Shown here one piece after another: positions 43,237-54,487 of a stretch of 64,000 nt of DNA. A program made the position numbers and the translations under genes. Every line of letters starts with the position of its first letter. The first letter of the stretch is position 1. The stretch is from an uncultured Planctomycetota bacterium. GTDB taxonomy: Bacteria; Planctomycetota; Planctomycetia; Pirellulales; Lacipirellulaceae. Under the pieces are notes generated by a model, which was not told the origin of the DNA, ran no database searches, and saw nothing but the letters and a program-made list of their open reading frames with translations. The stretch lies in NCBI GenBank assembly GCA_963719315.1, contig CAVRBU010000017.1:1-64000 (forward strand), read 5' to 3'.

Positions 43237-45930
43237 TTATGCTTCCGGCGTCGCTCCTGGGGCTTCGTCGCCTTCTTCGCGTTCTTCCTTCGGCACGCGG
43301 ACGATTGCGGCTAGCGTGTCGCCTTCTTCGAGCGACATGATGCGGACTCCTTGCGTGTTGCGGCCGATGGGGTTGAAGTCGCTGACTTTTACCCGCTGGA
43401 TTTTGCCGCGGGCCGTCATCATCATCAGTTCATCATCATCGTTGACGGGAACGATGCCGATGACGGGGCCGTTGCGGTCGGTGGTTTTGATGTCGCGGAG
43501 GCCTTTGCCGCCGCGGCGTTGGGTGCGGTAGCGGAAGCTGGAGGAGGAACCTTCTTCTTCGGATTCCACGGTCGCTGAAGCGACCTCGCCGGCAGTTTCT
43601 TCCTCGGGAACCGCGTTGGGGCCGAAGGGGGTGCGTTTGCCGTAGCCGAGTTGGCAGGCGGTAAGGAGCGTGGCGTCGGGGTCGGCGACGACCATGCCGA
43701 CGAGGGTGTCGCCCTTCGAGAGCTTGACGCCTTTGACGCCGCTGGTGTTGCGGCCCATGGGGCGGGCGTCGGCTTCGTTGAAGCGAATCGCCATGCCGTT
43801 GGCCGTGGCGAGCACGATCTCGTCGCCTTGTTTGGTGATGGCGCAATCGACCAACTCGTCATCTTCCTTGAGCTTGATCGCGATGATGCCGCTTTTGAGA
43901 GGACGGCTGTACGCTTTGAGCTCCGTCTTTTTCACGAGGCCCTTGCGGGTGGCCATCATGAGATAATGGTCTGGCTGGTCGAAATCGCGGACGGCGCGGC
44001 AGTCGGCGATCGTTTCGCCTTCGGCCAGATTGAGCAAGTTCACTACCGCGCGGCCTTTGCTTTCGCGCGAGAGTTGCGGCAGGTTGTAGACCTTTTGCCA
44101 GTAGACCTTGCCCTTGGTGGTGAAGAAGAGCAGATAGTCGTGCGTGCTGGTGACGAACAGGTGCTCTACCGGGTCTTCTTCGTCGGTTTTGGCGCCTTTG
44201 ATGCCTTTGCCGCCGCGGCGTTGGGCGCGGTAGACGCTGGCCGGCGTGCGCTTGATGTAGCCGTTGTGCGAGATCGAGACGACCATCGTTTCTTCTTCGA
44301 TGAGGTCTTCGATGTCGACGCTACCGATTTCTTCGCCGCTGAGCTCGGTGCGGCGTTTGTCGGCGTATTTGCGCGAGAGCTCTTCGCAATCGTCGCGGAT
44401 CATGCGGTAGATGCGTGCTTCGTCGCCGAGGATGGCGAGGTATTCTTCGATTTGCTCCAGCAGCTTGGTGTGCTCATCGACGAGTTTCTCTTGCTCGAGA
44501 TTCACGAGTTGGCCGAGCGTCATCTTCAGGATGGCGTCTGCCTGGACGGGCGTGAGCGAGTAGTCTTCCGCGACGCCGCGTTCTTGCTGATATTGGCGGA
44601 AGCCGATTTCGCCGAGCGCGCGCTCCAGCATCGCGGCGGGCGTTTTGATGGCGATGAGCCGCTCTTTGGCTTCGATCTGCGTCTTGGAAGCGCGGATGAC
44701 GCGGATCACTTCGTCGATGTTGGCGTGGGCCAGCAGCAAGCCTTGCACCGTATGCTTGCGACGCCGGGCGCGGGAGAGCAGGAACTGCGTCCGCCGGCGG
44801 ATGACAATAAATCGATGACGCACGAACTCCTGAAGCATCTCTTTGAGCGAGAGCGTGCGTGGTTTGCCGTCCACGAGTGCCAGCAAGATAATCGAGAACG
44901 AATCTTGCAGCGGCGTGAATTTGTAGAGCTGGTTAAGGACAACGTCCGGATCGGCGTCCTTCTTCAGGTCGATGACGATCCGTACGGGCTCTTTGAGGTC
45001 GCTTTCGTCGCGGACGCCGGCGATGCCGGAGATGCGACCTTCGTTGGCCACGTCGGAAATTTTCTTGATGACGGGGTCGCGGGTTTGCTGATAGGGGATG
45101 TCGTTGACGATGATGCGGTAGCGGTCGCCCTTGCGCTGTTCGATCGTGGTTTTGGAGCGGACGACGATCGTGCTGCGGCCCGTTTCGTAGCCTTTCCAGA
45201 TGGCCGTCTTACCGCAGATGATGCCGCCGGTGGGGAAGTCGGGCCCGGGAATATGCTCCATCAACTGCTGTACGCTAATGTTCGGATCATCGATGAGCGC
45301 GACGAGTCCGCTGCAGACTTCGCCCAAGTTGTGCGGCGGGATCGACGTGGCCATGCCAACGGCGATACCGCCGGAGCCGTTCACCAGCAGGTTCGGGAAC
45401 TTCGATGGCAGCACGGTCGGTTCGGTGTGCCGTTCGTCGTAAGTGGGGACGAAATCGACGGTGTCGAGCTTGATGTCTTCGAGCATGGTCGCCGCAAAGG
45501 GCGACAGACGGGCTTCCGTGTACCGCATGGCGGCGGGCGGCAGGCCGGCGATCGAACCGAAGTTCCCTTGCTTGTCGATCAGCAGGCACCGCATGTTCCA
45601 GTCTTGGGCCATGCGGACGAGCGTGGGATAGATGACGCTTTCGCCATGCGGATGGTAGTTGCCGCTCGTATCGCCGGAGATTTTGGCGCACTTCACGCGG
45701 CCGGCGCCGGGAGTGAGGTTGAGGTCGTTCATCGCCACCAGAATCCGCCGTTGCGAGGGCTTGAGGCCGTCGCGCACGTCGGGAAGAGCCCGGCTCACGA
45801 TCACGCTCATGGCGTACGTGAGATAGCTGTCCTTGAGCTCGTCTTCGATCGGCAAGTCGATGAGCCGCAAGGCGATCGCTTGTTCTTGCGGGTCTTCGGG
45901 CGGGGTAGGATCGGTGGGACCGGTGGACAC
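43237..45930 (-). CDS. gyrA: DNA gyrase subunit A
   Basis: [30 protein letters not shown], GyrA-box QRRGGKG, beta-pinwheel repeats; AAGGA before GTG 45930. Confidence 0.97.
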   Translation of the reverse strand: MSTGPTDPTPPEDPQEQAIALRLIDLPIEDELKDSYLTYAMSVIVSRALPDVRDGLKPSQRRILVAMNDLNLTPGAGRVKCAKISGDTSGNYHPHGESVIYPTLVRMAQDWNMRCLLIDKQGNFGSIAGLPPAAMRYTEARLSPFAATMLEDIKLDTVDFVPTYDERHTEPTVLPSKFPNLLVNGSGGIAVGMATSIPPHNLGEVCSGLVALIDDPNISVQQLMEHIPGPDFPTGGIICGKTAIWKGYETGRSTIVVRSKTTIEQRKGDRYRIIVNDIPYQQTRDPVIKKISDVANEGRISGIAGVRDESDLKEPVRIVIDLKKDADPDVVLNQLYKFTPLQDSFSIILLALVDGKPRTLSLKEMLQEFVRHRFIVIRRRTQFLLSRARRRKHTVQGLLLAHANIDEVIRVIRASKTQIEAKERLIAIKTPAAMLERALGEIGFRQYQQERGVAEDYSLTPVQADAILKMTLGQLVNLEQEKLVDEHTKLLEQIEEYLAILGDEARIYRMIRDDCEELSRKYADKRRTELSGEEIGSVDIEDLIEEETMVVSISHNGYIKRTPASVYRAQRRGGKGIKGAKTDEEDPVEHLFVTSTHDYLLFFTTKGKVYWQKVYNLPQLSRESKGRAVVNLLNLAEGETIADCRAVRDFDQPDHYLMMATRKGLVKKTELKAYSRPLKSGIIAIKLKEDDELVDCAITKQGDEIVLATANGMAIRFNEADARPMGRNTSGVKGVKLSKGDTLVGMVVADPDATLLTACQLGYGKRTPFGPNAVPEEETAGEVASATVESEEEGSSSSFRYRTQRRGGKGLRDIKTTDRNGPVIGIVPVNDDDELMMMTARGKIQRVKVSDFNPIGRNTQGVRIMSLEEGDTLAAIVRVPKEEREEGDEAPGATPEA

Positions 45931-45994
45931 AATCACATCCTTTCAGGCGCGCGACGGCAGGGCGCCAATTTCAATTCTCAAAGAAAGGCAGTCT

Positions 45995-46148
45995 CACGCG
46001 GAGGCGCAGAGGGCTCGGAGGAGGGAAACGCTACTTGACGCTAATAATCACTGATTCTGGTATCAGTGTCGATTAGTGCTGATTAGTGTTCCAATCAATC
46101 GTTGATAGCAGCAGCAATGGCTCTCTGCGTCCTCTGGGCCACTGCGTG
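45995..46148. repeat. Nested tandem-repeat palindrome in the gyrA/dnaE divergent region
   Basis: Outer arms CACGCGGAGGCGCAGAG... / ...CTCTGCGTCCTCTGGGCCACTGCGTG enclose an ACGCTAAT...GATTAGTGTT palindrome (46039-46090). Confidence 0.7.
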
Positions 46149-46316
46149 TAATGTTTACAGCAAATGGCAAAAAGCGTGTTCGTTTAGTGTATTTCTGAGA
46201 GTCTGAAATATATCATTTTTTCCGTCTGTTCTCAACCGGCAGTCGGCTCGTGGCGAGTGGTGGCGCGAAGCGGTAGAATGACGGGCGAAGTGCGCAATTT
46301 TGGGAAAGGAATCGCC

Positions 46317-49300
46317 GTGACCACGCCGCCGTTTGCTCATCTGCATTGCCATAGCCATTACAGCCTGTTGGATGGGGCCAGCCCGATCGACTCACTGGTC
46401 GAGCGGGCCAAAGAGCTGGGGATGAACGCGCTGGCGATTACGGACCACGGCAATCTGTACGGTGCGCTGGAGTTTTACGTCGCCTGCCGCGATGCGGGGA
46501 TCAATCCGATCGTCGGTTACGAGGCGTATGTTGCACCTGGCAGCCGATTCGATCGCAGCGCGAGTTCAAAGGGCGAAACGAGCTATCATCTCACGCTACT
46601 GGCCGCGAATCGCACAGGCTTTGAAAACCTGGTAAAGCTCTCAAGCAAGGCATTCTTGGAGGGGTTTTATCACAAGCCGCGAATCGATCGCGAATTGTTG
46701 GCTGCCCACTGCGAGGGGATCGTGTGCCTGAGCGGGTGCGTATCGGGCGAACTTAGCCGCGCGCTGCTCTCCGGCAACACGGCCGATGAAGCGCTCGCGC
46801 GGGGTGAGGAGCATGCGGCGTGGTTTCATCGCACGTTCCGCGAGCGGTACTTCGTAGAGATTCAAAACAACGGGCTTGAAATGCAGCGGCAGGCGTTGGA
46901 ATTGTCGGTCGCGCTGGCGAAGCGGATGGGATTGCCGATCGTGGCGACCAGCGATGCCCACTACGTTCGCCGCGAGGACGCGGTGGCGCAGGACGTACTG
47001 CTGTGCATCAACACGGGCAAGTTCCGCACGGATACGAACCGGATGCGGATGGAGGGCGATCAGTTTTTCTTGCGCAGTCCGGAAGAGATGTACGCGGCGT
47101 TCACCGGCCTGGAAGACGCGGTGGCCCGCAGCCAGCAGATTGCCGACGGCATCGACTTGCAATTGGAACTCGGCAAGCGGCACTTCCCGGCATTCGCGCC
47201 TCCCGCCGGAAAGACGACCGCCGCTTATTTGCGCGAGTTGTGCGAAGCGGGCGTGCGCGAGCGGTACGCCGAGGACGCGCGACGTTGGCAGAAAATCGAT
47301 CCGCAATCGGGTGTGCTGGCCGACGATGTTCGCCAGCGGCTGGAGCGCGAACTAGAAGTCATCGAGAAGCTCGGCTTTTGCGATTATTTTCTGATCGTGT
47401 GGGACTTTGTGCGGTACGCCATGGATCATGGCATTCCCTGCACTGCCCGCGGGTCGGGCGTTGGGTCGTTGGTGTGTTATGCGCTGCACATCAGCCACGT
47501 CTGCCCGTTGCAATACGACCTGCTGTTTGAGCGATTTTTGGACGAAAATCGCCGCGAAGCGCCTGATATCGACATCGACTTCTGCAAGGATCGCCGCGGC
47601 GAAGTCATCCAATATGTTAAGGACAAATACGGCGAGGCAAACGTCGCCCAGATCGGCACTTTCGGCACGCTCGCGGCCCGGGCGGCGATTCGCGACGTTG
47701 GCCGCACACTGGGCATGCCGATTTTCCGCGTCGATCAGATCGTGGCGATGGTGCCCGATCAACTTGGCATTGAGCTCAAGGATGCGCTCGAGCAGAGCGA
47801 TGAACTAAGGAAGACGTATGAGTCAGATGGCGAAATCCACGAGCTGATCGACCTGGCAATGAAGGTCGAAGGCCTGGCGCGAAACGTCGGCACGCATGCG
47901 GCGGCCGTCGTCATTGCCGAGAAGCCAGTCGATCAATACGTGCCATTGCAATACGTGAAAGGAAAAACGGAAGTCATCACGCAATGGGCGATGGGCGACG
48001 TCGAGCGGGCCGGCCTGTTGAAGATGGATTTTCTCGGATTGCGCAACCTCACTATTCTGGCGAAGGCGGTCGAACTCGTTCAACAATCGCGCGGCGAGCG
48101 AATCGATCCGCACAAGTTTCCGCTGGATGACGCCAAAACGTTCGCCGTGTTCTGCCGCGGCGAGACGAAAGGCATCTTCCAGTTCGAAAGTGGCGGCATT
48201 CGAGACCTGTTGCAGCGGATGAAGCCCGATCACTTCCGCGACATTATCGCCACGAACGCGCTCTATCGCCCGGGTCCGCTCGAAGGCGGACTAGTCGACG
48301 ATTACATCGAAGTAAAGCACGGCCGCAAGCAGGCCTACTATCCGCATCCCGTGATGCGCGAGGTGCTCGAAGAAACGCACGGTGTGATGGTGTTCCAAGA
48401 ACAAGTGATGCGAATTCTCAACCTGCTGGGCGGCATCAAGCTGGCCGACGCGTACACTTGCATCAAGGCGATCAGCAAGAAGAAGTTGGAGATGATCGCC
48501 AAGTTTCGCGAGGCGTTTATCGAAGGGGCGCGAGAAAAAGGGCTCGAAAAGAAGAAGGCCGAGGAGTTGTTCAGCCAGATCGAGAAATTCGCGGGCTATG
48601 GCTTCAATAAGTCGCACAGTACCGCATATGCGCTGATTGCCTATCAGACCGCCTACTTGAAGGCACACTACCCGGTCGAGTTCATGGCGGCCCTGCTGTC
48701 GGGCGATATCCAGGGACGCAACTTCAAGAGTAAGGATCCGCTCGTCGAGCATCTGGAAGATTGCAAGCGGATGGAGGTGGTCGTGGTGCCTCCGAATGTG
48801 AACCGGTCAGAAGTGGATTTCGCCGTCGCAGGCAAGGAGATTTTATTCGGTTTGAGCGCGATCAAAGGTTGCGGCAGCGGCGCGGCGGAAGCAATTTCCA
48901 CAGCTCGGCGGCTGGATGGCGAATTTACGAGCCTGTTTAACTTCTGCGAGCGCGTCGATCCGCAGGCGTGTGGCCGAGCAGCGATCGAAACGCTCGTAAA
49001 AGCCGGGGCATTCGATTCGCTCGGTGCGAAGCGGGCACAATTGATGGCGGCGATCGACCGGGCAATGCAAAGCGGCGCCGCAGTGCTTGCCGATCGCAAG
49101 AGTGGCCAGCGCGGTTTGTTCGATGGCGATGCTGACGAGTCGGCCATGACGACGAACATGGCGCTGCCGAACGTGCCGGAGTTTCCTGAAAAGGAAAAGC
49201 TGGGTATGGAGAAGGAAGTCCTCGGCTACTATCTCACAAGCCATCCGCTTTCGCAGCACGAGGCCATGCTGCGTATGTATTGCTCCCACACAAGCGCGCA

Positions 49301-49910
49301 GTTGCCTAGTCTGGAAGCTCGCAGCGAAGTGTTTGTCGGCGGCATGCTGGCCGCCATCAAGTTCTCGCACACGAAGAATCCGCGACCGGGCAGCACGCAA
49401 ACCAAGTACGCGATGTGGGATCTGGAAGACCTCGATGGCAATGTGCGGTGCATCATGTGGCCGGAACAGTTTGCCGAGTTCGGCGAGCTCGTGAAGCCGG
49501 ATGCGATCCTGGCAGTGCGGGCGGCCATCGATCGCCGGCCGGGCGCCGAGGAAATCAATCTGATCGTCAACGAATTGATTCCGCTCGAAGAACTTTCGGC
49601 GCGATTTTCGAACGGCGTTTTGATTCGCGTTCGTGAAGACACGCATGGCATCGATATTCTTACGCCGCTCCGTGAAATCGTGCGCGGGTACCCGGGGAGC
49701 AAGCCGCTTCGCTTGCGGCTCGATCTGGCCGAGGGGGGGAGTGTGACGCTCGATTGCGCGAAGAGCGCGGTGTCGCTCGATCCCGAGCTCCGCCGCCGGG
49801 TTGAGGAGCTACTGGGTCCGGCCAGCTTCCGCGTCATGGCCGCACCGCTGCGGCCGACGCCGCAGCAGCAAAACGGCAATAACCGTCGGCGGGCGATGGC
49901 GCGAAGCTGA
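46317..49910 (+). CDS. dnaE: DNA polymerase III alpha subunit
   Basis: HLHCHSHYSLLDG PHP domain, RGSGVGS, PDIDIDF, KMDFLGL, YGFNKSH. Confidence 0.97.
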   Translation: MTTPPFAHLHCHSHYSLLDGASPIDSLVERAKELGMNALAITDHGNLYGALEFYVACRDAGINPIVGYEAYVAPGSRFDRSASSKGETSYHLTLLAANRTGFENLVKLSSKAFLEGFYHKPRIDRELLAAHCEGIVCLSGCVSGELSRALLSGNTADEALARGEEHAAWFHRTFRERYFVEIQNNGLEMQRQALELSVALAKRMGLPIVATSDAHYVRREDAVAQDVLLCINTGKFRTDTNRMRMEGDQFFLRSPEEMYAAFTGLEDAVARSQQIADGIDLQLELGKRHFPAFAPPAGKTTAAYLRELCEAGVRERYAEDARRWQKIDPQSGVLADDVRQRLERELEVIEKLGFCDYFLIVWDFVRYAMDHGIPCTARGSGVGSLVCYALHISHVCPLQYDLLFERFLDENRREAPDIDIDFCKDRRGEVIQYVKDKYGEANVAQIGTFGTLAARAAIRDVGRTLGMPIFRVDQIVAMVPDQLGIELKDALEQSDELRKTYESDGEIHELIDLAMKVEGLARNVGTHAAAVVIAEKPVDQYVPLQYVKGKTEVITQWAMGDVERAGLLKMDFLGLRNLTILAKAVELVQQSRGERIDPHKFPLDDAKTFAVFCRGETKGIFQFESGGIRDLLQRMKPDHFRDIIATNALYRPGPLEGGLVDDYIEVKHGRKQAYYPHPVMREVLEETHGVMVFQEQVMRILNLLGGIKLADAYTCIKAISKKKLEMIAKFREAFIEGAREKGLEKKKAEELFSQIEKFAGYGFNKSHSTAYALIAYQTAYLKAHYPVEFMAALLSGDIQGRNFKSKDPLVEHLEDCKRMEVVVVPPNVNRSEVDFAVAGKEILFGLSAIKGCGSGAAEAISTARRLDGEFTSLFNFCERVDPQACGRAAIETLVKAGAFDSLGAKRAQLMAAIDRAMQSGAAVLADRKSGQRGLFDGDADESAMTTNMALPNVPEFPEKEKLGMEKEVLGYYLTSHPLSQHEAMLRMYCSHTSAQLPSLEARSEVFVGGMLAAIKFSHTKNPRPGSTQTKYAMWDLEDLDGNVRCIMWPEQFAEFGELVKPDAILAVRAAIDRRPGAEEINLIVNELIPLEELSARFSNGVLIRVREDTHGIDILTPLREIVRGYPGSKPLRLRLDLAEGGSVTLDCAKSAVSLDPELRRRVEELLGPASFRVMAAPLRPTPQQQNGNNRRRAMARS

Positions 49911-50037
49911 CTTTAGGCGGATAACAATTCGCAATTGGTATCAAGGGTTGTTATACTCTCTACGTTCGGCTTCGGCCTGTGGCCCGGCGGCAACCACCAC
50001 AGTCGCCCCATGAGTTGGACCGCGAGCAGGAGCATAA

Positions 50038-51699
50038 GTGTCTTCACCGTTACAACATCTCGATTTGACACTTGTCGTCAGGAGCAGCTATAGGCGATGG
50101 TTAATTGCTTCAGTAATCGCCGTGCTTACCTTCTGTGATGCTCGAAAGGCCGTCCTGGCGGCGGTAACATTCAGCGGTGATGCGACAACCTTGGTTGGCG
50201 GACAGGCACAAATCGGAGGCTCGGGCTTTGGCACACTTCGTATCGATGGTGGCAGTTCGTATGCGCCAAGTTCGGCGATAATCGGTGCTACGTCCTCCGC
50301 CGTTGGTTTTGCGACAGTGACCGGCGCTGGCTCGCAGTGGACGCTGACCAGTGGGTCGATGGACGTGGGCAGCAATGGCTTCGGACGATTAGATATTCTT
50401 AGTGGCGGCTATGTTTCCAATCTTGCCTTGGCGTCCACCGTGCGGATAGCCGTTTACCCGACTAGTCAGGGCACGCTCGTGGTCGATGGCGCGGGCTCGG
50501 CACTCTATTCATGGGGCAGTCTGTCGCTTGGCGAGTCCCTGACGAGTGGCGGCTCCGCGCTATTGCAGATCTCGAATAGTGCCGTCGTGAATGCACGCTC
50601 AACCACTACGATTTGGACCGGCGGCCGCGTGGAATTGAGCGGCGGCACCTTGCGTACCAATGGCCTAGCAACCAATGGCGTGATCGCCGGCTCGGGCGAG
50701 CTGTTTTCCACCTCGTCCGCCGCGGTCACCAATGGCGGCCGGATCGAAGCCAGCTCGGGCAACGTCTTGAAAATCAGCGGGGCGATGGCGAGTGTCCAAA
50801 ACGACGGCGTCATTTCCGGGAACGGCGCAACGCTCGAATTCCAGCGTGCGATCACCAATTCCTCAAACGGCAACGCGGAAATCACCCTCCGCAGCAGCCT
50901 GATGCGAGCCGGCACGCTCGTCACCAGTGGACCGCAGCTTACGAACGCCGGTGTGCTGGCCGCCACCGGCGGCTTGAACGATTTTTACGGCCGCATCACC
51001 AACTCAACGTCCGGCAACGTCGCAGTCACCAACAACAGTACGATCATTTTTCACGACAGCCTCACCGCCGACGGCGGAACGGTCACCGTCTTTCCCGGTT
51101 CCTCCGCCGTGTTTCTCAAAGACTTGACGGTCGCCCCGGGCGCTGTGCTGCTGGCCGATCTGGCCGGCACAAACACCAACAGTGGCTACGGAAAAGTCGA
51201 AGTCGTCGGCAACGCGAACCTCAGCGGAAGCCTACAAATCTCGCTCGAATCTGGATACACGCCCCACCTTGCCGACTCGTACCCCCTCATGACGGCGAGC
51301 GCAATTTCAGGAACCCTGACGCTGGGGTCTGCACCGTCTCTTCCGTCCAATCTTGCGTGGAACCTCGCCGGCGACGAGCACCGGATTGTGCTCAGCGTCG
51401 TGCCCGCTCTCGCCGGCGATTACAACGCCGACGGCAAAGTGGACGGCGCCGATTACGTGGCGTGGCGCAAGATGCAAAACCGCACCGGCGACGGCCTGGC
51501 AGCCGACGGCAACGGCGATCGCGTCGTCAACACCGCCGACTACGATTTCTGGCGCACCCACTATGGCGACGCACTTACCGGCGGTAGCTCAACCAGAGCC
51601 GCCGTCTCAGAGCCAACGACCATGGCATTGCTTTTACTTGGAAGCTTTACGATTGTCAGTTTGCGGCGGAAGTCATTTGACGCTCGAATAGTGCTATAA
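50038..51699 (+). CDS. PEP-CTERM-like protein (VSEP variant) with T5SS/PEP-CTERM-type beta repeats and dockerin-like repeats
   Basis: ATVTGAGSQW and LVVDGAGSAL repeats; GDYNADGKVDGADYVAWR; VSEP + TM + RRK. Confidence 0.85.
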   Translation: MSSPLQHLDLTLVVRSSYRRWLIASVIAVLTFCDARKAVLAAVTFSGDATTLVGGQAQIGGSGFGTLRIDGGSSYAPSSAIIGATSSAVGFATVTGAGSQWTLTSGSMDVGSNGFGRLDILSGGYVSNLALASTVRIAVYPTSQGTLVVDGAGSALYSWGSLSLGESLTSGGSALLQISNSAVVNARSTTTIWTGGRVELSGGTLRTNGLATNGVIAGSGELFSTSSAAVTNGGRIEASSGNVLKISGAMASVQNDGVISGNGATLEFQRAITNSSNGNAEITLRSSLMRAGTLVTSGPQLTNAGVLAATGGLNDFYGRITNSTSGNVAVTNNSTIIFHDSLTADGGTVTVFPGSSAVFLKDLTVAPGAVLLADLAGTNTNSGYGKVEVVGNANLSGSLQISLESGYTPHLADSYPLMTASAISGTLTLGSAPSLPSNLAWNLAGDEHRIVLSVVPALAGDYNADGKVDGADYVAWRKMQNRTGDGLAADGNGDRVVNTADYDFWRTHYGDALTGGSSTRAAVSEPTTMALLLLGSFTIVSLRRKSFDARIVL

Positions 51700-51754
51700 T
51701 TCGGTATGTCGCTCACGTGAGAGAACATCGCCATATCCCTGGGCATCATCACGG

Positions 51755-52033
51755 CCCGACCTCGAACAATTTGTTCAGGGTCAACTAGCGTCCGATAAGT
51801 ATCAATCGACCACTGAAGTTGTATGTGATGCGGTGCGATTGCTCCGAGATCGTGAACAACGGCTCAAATCGCTGCGATAAGAAATAGATCGTGGAATCGC
51901 CCAACTGGACAGCGGCGACTTCATTGAACTCGATTCAAAAGCTGCATTACAGGATTTTTTTGAAGATATCGAATCGCGGCCAGCTGCAAAGAAAAATCTT
52001 AGTATCTTAGCGGCCCTCCGCGACTCTGCGTGA
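51755..52033 (+). pseudogene. Degenerate ParD-like (ribbon-helix-helix) antitoxin
   Basis: Hand translation PDLEQFVQGQLASDKYQSTTEVVCDAVRLLRDREQRLKSLR*EIDRGIAQLDSG; internal TAA at 51878-51880; no in-frame start seen. Confidence 0.7.
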
Positions 52034-52042
52034 GTCCATCCC

Positions 52043-53017
52043 ATGCCGCAAATCAATCGCATCTTGGTCACCGGCGGGGCCGGGTTCTTGGGGTCGCATC
52101 TCTGCGAGCGTCTCGTGGAACAGGGGCACGACGTCGTGTGCGTCGATAACTTCTTTACCAGCCAGAAGACGAATGTGGCCCATTTGCTTGGTCGGCCGAA
52201 CTTCGACCTGATCCGGCACGATATCACGCAGCCGATCGTGTTGGAGGTGGATCAGGTTTACAACCTGGCCTGCCCCGCCGCGCCGGGGCACTATCAATAC
52301 AATCCGATCAAAACGCTGAAGACGTCGGTAATGGGCGCGATCAATACGCTGGGGCTGGCGAAGCGTTGCCGGGCGAAGATTCTGCAGGCCTCGACCAGCG
52401 AAGTGTACGGCGATCCGGAAGTGCATCCGCAGCCGGAGTCGTATCGCGGGGCAGTCAACCCGGTCGGGCCGCGGGCGTGTTACGACGAGGGCAAACGAGC
52501 GGCCGAGACGTTGTTCATGGACTACCATCGGATGCACAAGTTGAATCTGCGAATCGTGCGGATCTTCAACACGTACGGGCCGCGGATGCATCCGTTCGAT
52601 GGCCGCGTGGTGTCGAACTTCATTCGGCAGGCACTGCGGGGCGAGGACATTACGATCTTCGGCGACGGTAGCCAGACGCGGTCGTTTTGTTATCGAGACG
52701 ATTTGGTCGAAGGCATGCTGCGGATGATGGCCGGGCCGGACGATTTCATCGGCCCGGTGAATCTCGGCAACCCGGACGAATTCACCATTCTGGAATTGGC
52801 CAAGCTGGTGATCGAACTGACGGGCAGCCGATCGAAAGTCATTCACAAGGACTTGCCGGTTGATGACCCGACGCGGCGGCGGCCCGACATCTCGTTGGCG
52901 CAGGAAAAACTGGGCTGGAAGCCGCAGACACCATTGCGTGCCGGATTGGAAAAAACTATCGCGTGGTTTCGCTCGATCAAGTGGGAAGAGTATCGCGCAC
53001 CGACGCCGAATTATTAG
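52043..53017 (+). CDS. UDP-glucuronic acid decarboxylase (UDP-xylose synthase family)
   Basis: [48 protein letters not shown]. Confidence 0.93.
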   Translation: MPQINRILVTGGAGFLGSHLCERLVEQGHDVVCVDNFFTSQKTNVAHLLGRPNFDLIRHDITQPIVLEVDQVYNLACPAAPGHYQYNPIKTLKTSVMGAINTLGLAKRCRAKILQASTSEVYGDPEVHPQPESYRGAVNPVGPRACYDEGKRAAETLFMDYHRMHKLNLRIVRIFNTYGPRMHPFDGRVVSNFIRQALRGEDITIFGDGSQTRSFCYRDDLVEGMLRMMAGPDDFIGPVNLGNPDEFTILELAKLVIELTGSRSKVIHKDLPVDDPTRRRPDISLAQEKLGWKPQTPLRAGLEKTIAWFRSIKWEEYRAPTPNY

Positions 53018-53067
53018 TGGGCGGTGTGTAGCGGCGCACCGGCGACCTGTAAGATCGCGGCTATTCG

Positions 53068-53514
53068 TTACTTGCTGCCGCGCGTTCGTTGATCGAGAAT
53101 CTTGCGTAAAACAACGAAGAGCAGCAATCCGACCGCCGCTCCGGAGGCATCGGCCACCCAATCCCAAAATTCACAGTCGCGGCCAACCGGGATTTGCGAG
53201 ACTTCGTCGAACGCGCCGTACAGAACGATGCCGAACCACGCCATCGCCAAATGGCGACTGTTGAGACGGCCGACCGCCAACTCCCAGGTCGTCGCGAGCA
53301 GCAGGGCGAGCGCGGCGTAGGCCGTTGCATGTTCGACCTTATCGTTCGTTCCGGTCGGCAACAGCTTTGAAGCGGGCGGCAAATGCGTGGCAGTGAACAA
53401 AGCCAGCCAGAAGAGGGCCAGCGCAATTTTGCAGAGCGTCGCGATCTTGGATCGACTCAATGGAGTAGCCTTCTCCCGTGCCAGGCGGGTTGATTGCAGG
53501 ATTGATTTCGACAA
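53068..53514 (-). CDS. VanZ family membrane protein (start probably nearer 53460)
   Basis: DKVEH, YGAFDEVSQIPVGRDCEFWDWVAD. Confidence 0.85.
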   Translation of the reverse strand: MSKSILQSTRLAREKATPLSRSKIATLCKIALALFWLALFTATHLPPASKLLPTGTNDKVEHATAYAALALLLATTWELAVGRLNSRHLAMAWFGIVLYGAFDEVSQIPVGRDCEFWDWVADASGAAVGLLLFVVLRKILDQRTRGSK

Positions 53515-53586
53515 AGTAAGTTGATGGTTTGTTGTACGGCGTTTATCAGGTTGCCGCGAGTGCTTTTCGAGATTCCGAGGTGCCGC

Positions 53587-54480
53587 ATGTCGGGTATGGG
53601 AGTGTCATTTCCGGGCCAGAGAGCGAATTCCTACGGTAGCTCCGGCGGCGGAATGAGCAGTGGATTCAAGGTGCGATTGATCATCGCGATCGCCGTCGCG
53701 CTATTTGCCGTTATTTCTTACTATGGTCGGCCCGGCGACGAAAACCAGATCACGGGCGAAAGCCAGCGCGTGGCGATGACGGAGGAAGCGGACGAAATTC
53801 GGATGGGCCTGGCAGCCCGCCGCGAAATGGCCGCTCAGTTCGGCGGACTCGATGCCGATCCGCAAGCACAAGCGCTCGTCAAAAAAATCGGCGAGGAATT
53901 GCTGCAGGCGCTCGACGACAGCTTGGAACCTGGCGGCCGCTCGAATCCCTATCGCGAGAGTTTTTCGTTTACGCTGCTGGCCGATCCGCAGACCGTCAAT
54001 GCCTTCGCTTTGCCGGGTGGCCAGATCTTCGTTACGCACGCACTGTTTCGCGATTTAGAAACGGAAGGCCAACTGGCGGGTGTTTTGGGCCACGAGATCG
54101 GACACGTGATTGAACGACACAGCAATCAACAGATGGCAAAACAGCAGTTCTTTCAAGGACTTGCCGCAGCCGGCGGGGTTGTCGGCGGAGACCAGCGGAG
54201 CGCACAAATGGCACAGGCGGTGGCGCAATTGGCCAGTATGAAGTATGGTCGCGACGACGAACTGCAGGCCGATCAATGGGGCGTGCGACTCACATCGATG
54301 GCCGGGTATGATCCGCGGGCGATGATCGGCGTCATGAAAGTGCTGGAAAAAGCCAGTCAAGGTAAATCACCGCCCGAATTCATGAGCTCGCACCCCAGCA
54401 CGCCGCATCGGGAGCAGGAAATCGAGGCCCTGATCGCGAAAGAATTTCCGCACGGCGTACCGGCGGGGCTCAAGAAGTAA
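53587..54480 (+). CDS. M48 family metallopeptidase
   Basis: VNAFALPGG, HEIGH, ELQAD, AGYDP, FMSSHP. Confidence 0.92.
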   Translation: MSGMGVSFPGQRANSYGSSGGGMSSGFKVRLIIAIAVALFAVISYYGRPGDENQITGESQRVAMTEEADEIRMGLAARREMAAQFGGLDADPQAQALVKKIGEELLQALDDSLEPGGRSNPYRESFSFTLLADPQTVNAFALPGGQIFVTHALFRDLETEGQLAGVLGHEIGHVIERHSNQQMAKQQFFQGLAAAGGVVGGDQRSAQMAQAVAQLASMKYGRDDELQADQWGVRLTSMAGYDPRAMIGVMKVLEKASQGKSPPEFMSSHPSTPHREQEIEALIAKEFPHGVPAGLKK

Positions 54481-54487
54481 GCCCAGC

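Noticed and set aside
43651..46038. 795-aa plus-strand ORF
   Set aside because: Antisense shadow of gyrA, expected in high-GC coding DNA; no motifs.
46317..49910. Intein in DnaE (or GyrA)
   Set aside because: Lengths are ordinary and no splicing or homing-endonuclease motifs are evident.
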